DNA of 64,000 nucleotides from Tubiluchus corallicola (lineage: Eukaryota > Animalia > Priapulida). The notes beneath the pieces are model-generated. The model did no database searches and was not told the origin of the DNA. It was given only the letters and a program-made list of their open reading frames with translations. Position 1 is the stretch's first letter. Each line of letters begins with the position of its first letter. Below, one piece after another: positions 56,401 to 64,000 of the stretch. The translations under genes and the position numbers were made by a program. Location: assembly GCA_030141605.1 (NCBI GenBank), contig JAQGDQ010000846.1, positions 24,407-88,406 of the forward strand. The letters run 5' to 3'.

Positions 56401-57809
56401 AAGAATGATAATAGCAACTGTAGATTTGAGGGATGATATATCACAGAGCGGTGGCGGTGGATAGGTTAGGACAGGCATTGTTCTTAGTACATATATTTCT
56501 TGTTATTTTTGTGCCACCTCCCGTGGTATTTCAGCAAATGCCGGATTACACCCCATAGTCGAGTCTTTGTCTTTAGGTTTTCAGTTTCTAAAAAGTAGAC
56601 TCAAGACCGAGTCCGGACTCGAATCCTACATCCTTGCTTTTATGTTATACAGTAGCAAAACACGCACAAGTGATTTCTGTTAATGACGCAATAGCCTTTT
56701 ATTGGTTTTCTTGTTCGCAACGAGTGACGAATCAGCGACACGACTGTGGTCAGCCATGACATTTCAGCGTGCAGTCCTGGCCGGTGCTCTAACTGGTATT
56801 TTAGTGCAATTGAATCGGAAATTTGCCGAGCAAAGTTTTCGTGTATTGCGAGCTTGAGGTGCACGTCGAGTGCTTGAAGTTAAAATTTAAATATTTATTT
56901 CCAAAGGCTAGTGCATGTGTGTATGATCTAGATAGCACTAGCAGTTATTCCTGGGCCGGTGCGTTGTCTGATTAGGTAAAATCTGAGCATAATTGCTGAT
57001 ACTCATGCCAGTATTTTCAATTTTTGATAATTAAATAAAATAACATTAACAGAGCTTCGGTACGTGCATATATACGCATATCACTAGTATTCGTCATTTC
57101 ACAATTCTGTTTTATAAAGTGTTACCCTAAAATATATGATTAATGTACTTGTCAACTAAAGTTATGTTATTCAATTCAGTTCAATTCATTTTGTTGCCCC
57201 AAATCCATCATTGTCGGCTACCACTCTGTATTCTGCGTCAAGATTCCTGTCTCTTTATCAGTACGTATTCTATGGACTGTACTTTTCAGTACACTGAAGT
57301 TTTTTCAATGATAATGTTTTGCTGGTAGTACGAATGACATCTACGACAATATGTTACTTAATTTGTAAACTGATTCACTGTAGAGTGTTTTCTTTATCTT
57401 CTTAGAATCCTTAGCATCCGGCTTGTAGGTTAGAAAATCTGACAAACGATTGTCAATTGCCAATGTCATTGTAGGAACCCGACGTTGAGACAGTTGTGCT
57501 GTGAGATTAACAGTTATGGTAACATAGACTGAAGGATGTCGTCATCTCCATAATTTCGAATCTTTTTGATGAATTTGCATAATTACCTGCAGCGTTATTC
57601 GCAATCTTATGTGAATCTCACTCACCGCTGATCCCTGATTGTGTCACGAATTTTCTCCACTTGTATGATTGTGATGATGTAACATTAATGTGATTAATGT
57701 CATCGTCTAATTTAGTCTATCCAGTTTACCAACGTGCGATTAATGGACAATCATACCTAAGCTCAAAGTGCACTCAGTGCTTAGTGCTTTTCCAGTTGCA
57801 TGAGAGAGA

Positions 57810-58225
57810 ATGATAATGATACGTTCACGCTATTTGCGACTGACGGTTGTGGCGGCATTGGTGGTCGCCGTGTTGTACATTGTTTTAATGTGGCACTTGC
57901 CGTCTTCGCGTACGGACGACAAAGCGGCGGTGCTTGCTGCTGCAAGAGAAGCAGTGCAAAAACACTGGGAACATCCGGGAAAGTCAAATGCTAACGATAC
58001 TAGCGGGAACGGAAACAAGCGCGCTGTTACTGACTCTGCCGTATTTGCAGAAAATGAAAAGCTAAAGTTTGCTAAGAAACACAAAGCGGAAGTCGAGTCG
58101 GATTTTCCCTCTTTGCGGGTTCATATTTTTTACTACGCTTGGTACGGCACTCCCGAAGTGGATGGGAGATATATTCACTGGAACCATAAAATTCTCCAGC
58201 ACTGGAAACCCGAAGAAGCAAAGAA
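57810..58225 (+). CDS. MANEA: MANEA coding exon 1
   Basis: Acceptor TTTTCCAG ending 57795, ATG 57810 (or 57816), donor AA|GTAAGT. Confidence 0.92.
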
Positions 58226-61200
58226 GTAAGTAGCCGGAATTGTTTTTACTCGGGACAAGGAAATTATCTTGCCTGTAGCTGATTTATCATGTATAGTGTT
58301 CCCTCACTTATAACAGGTGTTCTGTTCCAGGCCCACCCGCGATAAGTGAATTTCCGCAAAGTAGGGATGCTATACTTCTTTTAGTAATCATGCATTATTT
58401 TAAGTCCTTATAAACCCTCCCCGCACTCTTATACATAACCCTTTCCCATTCCCTAAATAACTTTTTCCTCATCATCTCCATCGCCAGTCACCATCACCAG
58501 TCATCATCATCATCATCATCATTATTATTACAGTTGTACAACTGGAAGATTACTAATGTCTATGTCTTGTCATTTTTTTATACCTTCAGTGTATAAGTTG
58601 CGTAAGATGTGAGATGATTTTGCTTAAAAGGCAGTTTGTTATTTTCATGTAAATCATTTTTAATCTCATTAACTCAGTACAAGTTTTCCTTATTTTAGAT
58701 GAATTATTGTACAGTCTACTCACACTGATGTGGTTAGTCTACATGCTCAGCGTGTTACCTTTTTAACAGTAACTTGAATTACTTTTTCAATAACAAGTCA
58801 AATTATCATATATACAGTTAAAGGAAGACAGAATGATTTTACCTTATTTTCAAGTCCGATAGAAAGTATACATTTTAACACAATTAATACTGCAAAAGCG
58901 TTTCTGATAATTGAATAATAGTTTAAAAAAACTTAATTAGCGGCAGCGAGCCCAACTATCGACGACATCACAAACTAATTTTCAACAGCAAAAATTTTTC
59001 ATGAGCGTGTTGTACGTGTTTGCAAAATGCGAAAATTGAAGTACAGTGCTGTTGTAAGAGATTCAGTGTGTTGTACTAAAACTAGGCAAGTTTAAGATAA
59101 AAATTCAAATATCAAATTTTCTGCTGTGCTTGCGCATGAGCTGTCGAACGCGTGCAGTTCGTCACAAATTAACACATCTGAATTGAGAGGTGCAGCGCCT
59201 GTTTTTTGTGCAACACATTTTTGAAATGCAGGTGCTATTGCCCGTCTAACTAGCGAATGACAAGATGCATGTAAGAGCAAAACACTAGTGGCGCGAACAT
59301 GAAATTGTATTTGTGTGGTAATAACTCTTTCACGTAAATCATTTTTGAGAAAAATAGTACGTTCCCTTTCAATATTTTAAAGAGTAGATTGTTCTGACCT
59401 ACAGTTTAAGATTCGGTCCGTTTTTGCTTTAAATATCCAAAAATGGTATCTTTGTCCTAAATTGTATTTGCAATATTATTTATGATTGACAGAGAACTTG
59501 TGCTGAATTGAACAAGATGGCGAAACTCCTAACCTAGTTTTTTGAACTTTGCATAAATTATGAACTTTTTTCAAATTTATACTTGCATACAGCGTTGGCG
59601 TTTGTCACACGCGTGATAAGAAATAATAGTTCTTTGCTTCTACACTAGATGGCCCGAAGGAGAGCATGTCCCACCAAATGACATTGGGTCAAACTTCTAT
59701 CCTCAACTCGGTTGTTATAGTTCAGCAAACAGAACGGTTGTAGATTTGCACATGCGACAGATGTCTTCATCTGGAATAGGTATAGAAGCTTTCTTTAACG
59801 TGCATTAACTTGTAAAAGCTTTGACAAACAACTTGTGTTACGTGGTTGTATGTTGGTTAACTGCAGTTCAATTCATTTAGCTTTATTTTCCAACTCTTAG
59901 GTTTTTGTTACTGTGTCAATTTCTTTACTGATCTGCTTATTCATTACCTATTTGGCTTTTGTAATTACGTAATTAGTGCATAATTTACTGTATCAATTTC
60001 TTTTCTACTGATCTGCTTATTCATTATTATTTGGCTTCTATTAACTACTTAATTAGTGCATAATAAGTTCTGCCTGCATAAACTAGTTGTATGTTTGTAA
60101 ATTTATCGCTGATAATGAAGCAGTCCGTCGAAACATTTGTCATTGTTCTAACTTTTTAATGTAAAAGTTTTCGTAAAGTTTTGTTGTTTTTGACTCTAAA
60201 TGTTGATTATCACTGGTGGTTTCTGTCATTATCTACTGTGGTTTCTGGTTATCCTATAATGTTGATTGTTTCCGCTCATTGTAGGAGTGGTTGTGATTTC
60301 CTGGTACCCCCCTGGTCTGTCAGATCCTAATGGTGCTCCCGTTGATTCGCTGATTCCCAGCATCCTGGATGCTGCTGCGAAATACAATATAAAGGTAAAA
60401 TCACATTGTAGTTAAACCACTACGTAATGTAAAAATACACTCATATCTCGGTTTGTTGTACAAAAGCGGGGAGACGTTGCCGATTGTCCGTATTTACTGA
60501 TATTAAGCTAATATAGTAGGCGCCGTGTATTAGACTCATGGTATTATAGAATAAATTGTTTAATTGTCTCAAAAACATCTATTATGGGTCAGCTTCCAAA
60601 ATGGCCTAATGTTTTCTTTTGAGAAGGAATTATGAGATGGAACTAAATTAATTTTAACTAGCAAAATCCTTGCATGCATAAAATTTTGCATATAAATCAG
60701 TTATAATCCATATGCACAAACATTCTACCTAGTGTTCATTTATTTATCTAACGCAAAGCCACCAGCAGCTTTGACTGAAGTAAAGTTTTATCCAGCGTGT
60801 AAGTAAATGATGTCAGAACAATGCAAATGTCAGTGTAGCTTCTAAGCAAGAATCATCAAAAATGGAACCTCTCGTCACTAATCCTCTTGGTGGAGTTGTC
60901 CGAAAATGTAACCGACATCACCGTGTGGCCCTGTTCTTCCTTTTTCTAAAGAACTATATACCGTTTTCCAAGAGTCCCGCCAGCCGCAGCTAGAAAGTTT
61001 TTTCTACACGATGTTTGCTCAAAATTTCAAACTATTACTGGTTCCCGACCCGTTCTCGTTCTCTAGAAATAAGAGGTATAAGTTTTACAAAAAACAGGCA
61101 AAAGGGAGTCCCCTATTTAGATTTTTTTTGTCCTCCCCCATTCGTCCAGGCAGACCCAATTCGAAAAATAAACCATCTATGGGACAACACTAGATCGAGG

Positions 61201-61982
61201 TTTTTTGGACGATACTTGGATCGCTGAAAATTGTGGCGTCGTTAGAGCTTTAGCCTCGAATCTTATATGTTAGACTCGAGAAACCTCCAAAATTAATATA
61301 TACGACTATTTTTGCATATAAGAACACTTATAATCAATAAAACACGAACATCCTACACAGTCCTCACTTATAACGCAAAGCCAGCAGCAGCAGCTTTTAC
61401 TGAATTAAAGTCATAAGGTTATAGACAGAGTGTAATGGATGACGTCAGAACAATTTCTTTGCATCAGCAGTTTTCCAAGCGAAATTGCCAAAAATAGAAC
61501 ATCTAATTAACTCGTCGTCACTCCTCTTAGTGGACCTGTCCTAGAATATAGCCCACATCATTGTGTAGCCCTGTCCTTCCTCTCTCTAAAGAGCCGTATA
61601 TCTCCTTCCTAGAGTCCCACCAGCCGCCGCTGTAAAAATCTTTTTTCTGCAGGCTGTTTGACCAAAATTTTGAAAAAATCGCGAGTTGGGTCCGGGAAAA
61701 CGCCCGTTATGGGACGCTGTGGCCCTCTCGCAAATTCTAAATATGCCTATGACATCCACCGCTGAACGGGCTATTTATCCATAGCCAGCACCGCCATCGG
61801 CCCATTCCCGTTCTCTACATCTCAGCCGTATAACTTTTGCAAAAACGGCCGAAAAATAGCCATTTTTGGAGGTTTTTTCCCCCGTGGGCCCGATTCGAAA
61901 AATAAACCGACACTAGATCGAGACCTTTCGTTTGATGTATCGCCTCAAATGGTGCTGTCGTTGGAGCTGTAGGATAGAATCT

Positions 61983-62013
<31 letters not shown>

Positions 62014-62842
62014 GCCCACCGGGAGGAATATATATATATATATATTAACCCCATACCAGTAGAATTAATGTATACGATAGTGTTTGTGAAATAGCCGTAA
62101 TTATTTGGAATTTTGTTTATTCGAACAGGTTGCATTTCACATAGAACCCTTTGAGAATCGAAATCCACGGAACTTGAGAGGTCACATTCGCTACGTCATC
62201 GACACTTACGGTGAACACGAGGCGTTCTATCGCTTTCGTCATAAGGGTCGTTATCTACCTATGTTTTACGTCTACGATTCATATCTCTCTTCGCCGTATC
62301 AATGGCGGAGCCTCCTAGGACTGCACGGTAGACTGAGCATTCGCAGGACGGATTACGATGCCGTCTTCATCGGTTTGCTAGTCGGCAAAAACGACAAGAA
62401 TGTGATCCTGTCTGCGGGATTCGACGGTTATTACACGTACTTTGCCAGCAATACTTTCAGTTACGGTTCAGTGCCGACGAACTGGCAAGAGCTGCAATCT
62501 TTTGCTGATCAGCACAACCTCTACTTCATACCGAGCGTCGGACCGGGTTACGAAGATACGTCGATCAGGCCGTGGAATTACCGCGTGAGTCGTACAAGAG
62601 TCAGCGGTTCTTATTATGCACAGCAGTGGGAGAAGGCTATTGCAGTTAAACCCGTTATCGTATCAATTACCTCGTTTAATGAGTGGGGCGAAGGTACGCA
62701 GATTGAGCCGGCCGTACCCAAATCGACTCGTTCTTCTACTGACAAAACGCCGTATCTTGATTATAGACCTCATTCCCCGAGTTTTTATCTCAACGCGACA
62801 ACAGACCACGTGAAGAAGTTTGTCGAATCTCGGAAAAGTTGA
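57810..62842 (+). CDS. MANEA: Glycoprotein endo-alpha-1,2-mannosidase (GH99, type II Golgi membrane protein); whole gene, 4 coding exons, 456 aa
   Basis: Exons 57810-58225, 59649-59779, 60285-60394, 62129-62842 total 1371 nt. N-terminal TM segment, HIFYYAWYG..DG.YIHWNH, PP.DIGSNFYP.LG.YSS, SWYPP, FHIEP, GFDG.YTYFA, FIPSVGPGY.DT.IRPWN, SITSFNEWGEGTQIE. MANEA versus MANEAL is not resolvable. Confidence 0.95.
58875..59432 (-). mobile_element. Family J copy, inverted
   Basis: Reverse complement of 45763-46316. Confidence 0.7.
59649..59779 (+). CDS. MANEA: MANEA coding exon 2 (WPEGEHVPPNDIGSNFYPQLGCYSS...)
   Basis: CACTAG / G|GTATAG. Confidence 0.93.
60285..60394 (+). CDS. MANEA: MANEA coding exon 3 (VVVISWYPPGLSDPNG...YNIK)
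   Basis: TTGTAG / AAG|GTAAAA. Confidence 0.93.
60688..62070. mobile_element. Two tandem copies of family I (Helentron/DINE-1-like non-autonomous element)
   Basis: Copies 60688-61300 and 61313-62070 are homologous to 44613-45110; shared CTAGATCGAGACCTTTCGTTTGATGTAT..GAATCTTATATA(TA)n..CCAGTAGAATTAAT end. Classification is by resemblance only. Confidence 0.6.
62129..62842 (+). CDS. MANEA: MANEA terminal exon (catalytic region)
   Basis: GAACAG acceptor; matches ORF 62105..62842 from VAFHIEPF. Confidence 0.95.
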   Translation, partial: VAFHIEPFENRNPRNLRGHIRYVIDTYGEHEAFYRFRHKGRYLPMFYVYDSYLSSPYQWRSLLGLHGRLSIRRTDYDAVFIGLLVGKNDKNVILSAGFDGYYTYFASNTFSYGSVPTNWQELQSFADQHNLYFIPSVGPGYEDTSIRPWNYRVSRTRVSGSYYAQQWEKAIAVKPVIVSITSFNEWGEGTQIEPAVPKSTRSSTDKTPYLDYRPHSPSFYLNATTDHVKKFVESRKS

Positions 62843-62916
62843 ACAAAAGTTGGTGTGACTTGACTTACTTATGTTGTTGCTTATAAAGTATTTAAGAGTT
62901 TCGGTCATTTTGAATC

Positions 62917-64000
62917 AGATTATAAATTAGGTACTGTTCTATTCAGGAGAATCTCGGCTATTCGATCATGCTCTTTATTTAAACATTTATAAGTGATTTC
63001 ATTGGACAAAATTAAGAAAAACACGCCCTCTTCAACCACTCCAACTTATCCTATTGAGTTGCTGAGTCTGGTGTACACTTGCGTGATCGTAAATACTAAT
63101 TTATTGACCACCTGCTTGCTACATCGAAGAGAACCGTCTGCCGTACCGAGTTCCAGGGAAAACCAACAGATCAGCCAAGGACAAAACTAAAGTCATTTCA
63201 TCTTTTAACGGGAATTTCTCCTTTAAAATAGAGTAGAGTTGAGACCAAAGTTTATCAGAGTGTTGTGTCTGGATAGTTGAAAATTTCTGCATTAGTCGAT
63301 TTCACACAAGTGATACTGTACATTGTTACAATGCAAACACTGCAATTACTGAAAGTTTTTTTTAATCAATTATTAATTTGTCTAAGGTAAGTAAATATAT
63401 TTCATATACAATTTTGTATGAAAATTCATTGTGAAGAGTAGGAACCTACAAAAATTATCAACTAACATGTAATTGCTGCTTAGTGAGAGCAGTTTTTCAT
63501 GAAGCCATGCAAAATACAACAAACACTTACCATCCTGAGGCGTTAATTGATACTTCGTCGAAAGAAAAGATTCTTGCAGTGTAATTTGTCATCAGTATAC
63601 TGATGTGTGTACGATCATGCAAGTGTACACCAGACTAAGCTACTCAATAAGCTAAGTTGGAGTGGTTGAAGAAGGCGTGTTTTTTTTAGATTTTATCCAA
63701 TTAAATCACTTGCGAAAGCTTAAACAAATAGAATGATTGGATGCTTAGATTCTCCTGAATAGAACAGTGCCTTTAAGTTATGTCTGTGTCCACACAGTAG
63801 AGGAAAGTCATAGATCTTACACAATGCATTTTGAATGATGCGGTCCCGAAGGAATTGTCGTTTCTAGGTTTAATCATGGAGTTTTATTGCATGTGAGAAC
63901 AGTTTTAATGACCACAGGTGACCTGTTGAACTGGTATGACGTATAAACAATGGTTTGTCAGAGGTGGCGCCATCGTTGAGATTATCCTGAGTAAAGGTGT
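62917..64000. mobile_element. Two family G fragments in opposite orientation downstream of MANEA
   Basis: 62917-63546 is colinear with 54841-55467; 63600-64000 is the reverse complement of 54600-55010. Confidence 0.8.

Overview
AT-rich, intron- and repeat-rich animal genomic DNA, not prokaryotic. The 5S rRNA-derived copy resembles invertebrate (mollusc/annelid-type) 5S, but the taxon cannot be fixed from this window. Four complete multi-exon genes can be assembled by hand with GT-AG introns and consistent phases: a PP2A B56 gamma/delta-type regulatory subunit (+, 15 coding exons, 4511-31192, 602 aa), ALKBH6 (-, 6 exons, 39902-35764, 233 aa), ATG14/Barkor (+, 9 exons, 40086-53673, 485 aa, head-to-head with ALKBH6, 183 bp between start codons) and a GH99 endo-alpha-1,2-mannosidase, MANEA (+, 4 exons, 57810-62842, 456 aa). 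Introns and UTRs hold many MITE families (hAT-like with 8-bp and 6-bp TSDs, TA- and TTAA-flanked), LINE fragments, a 5S-headed SINE-like insertion with a 10-bp TSD, and young minisatellites amplified from local sequence. The most unusual pattern is that several minisatellites multiply splicing signals: four in-frame GTAAGT donors on one B56 exon, about 23 GT..ACTAAC..CAG units in an ATG14 intron, a YCAY array and an 80-bp decoy-acceptor array abutting real acceptors. Four MITE families also form concentric inverted pairs around the 3' half of the B56 gene. All functional readings are hypotheses needing RNA data; most short ORFs in the track are artefacts.
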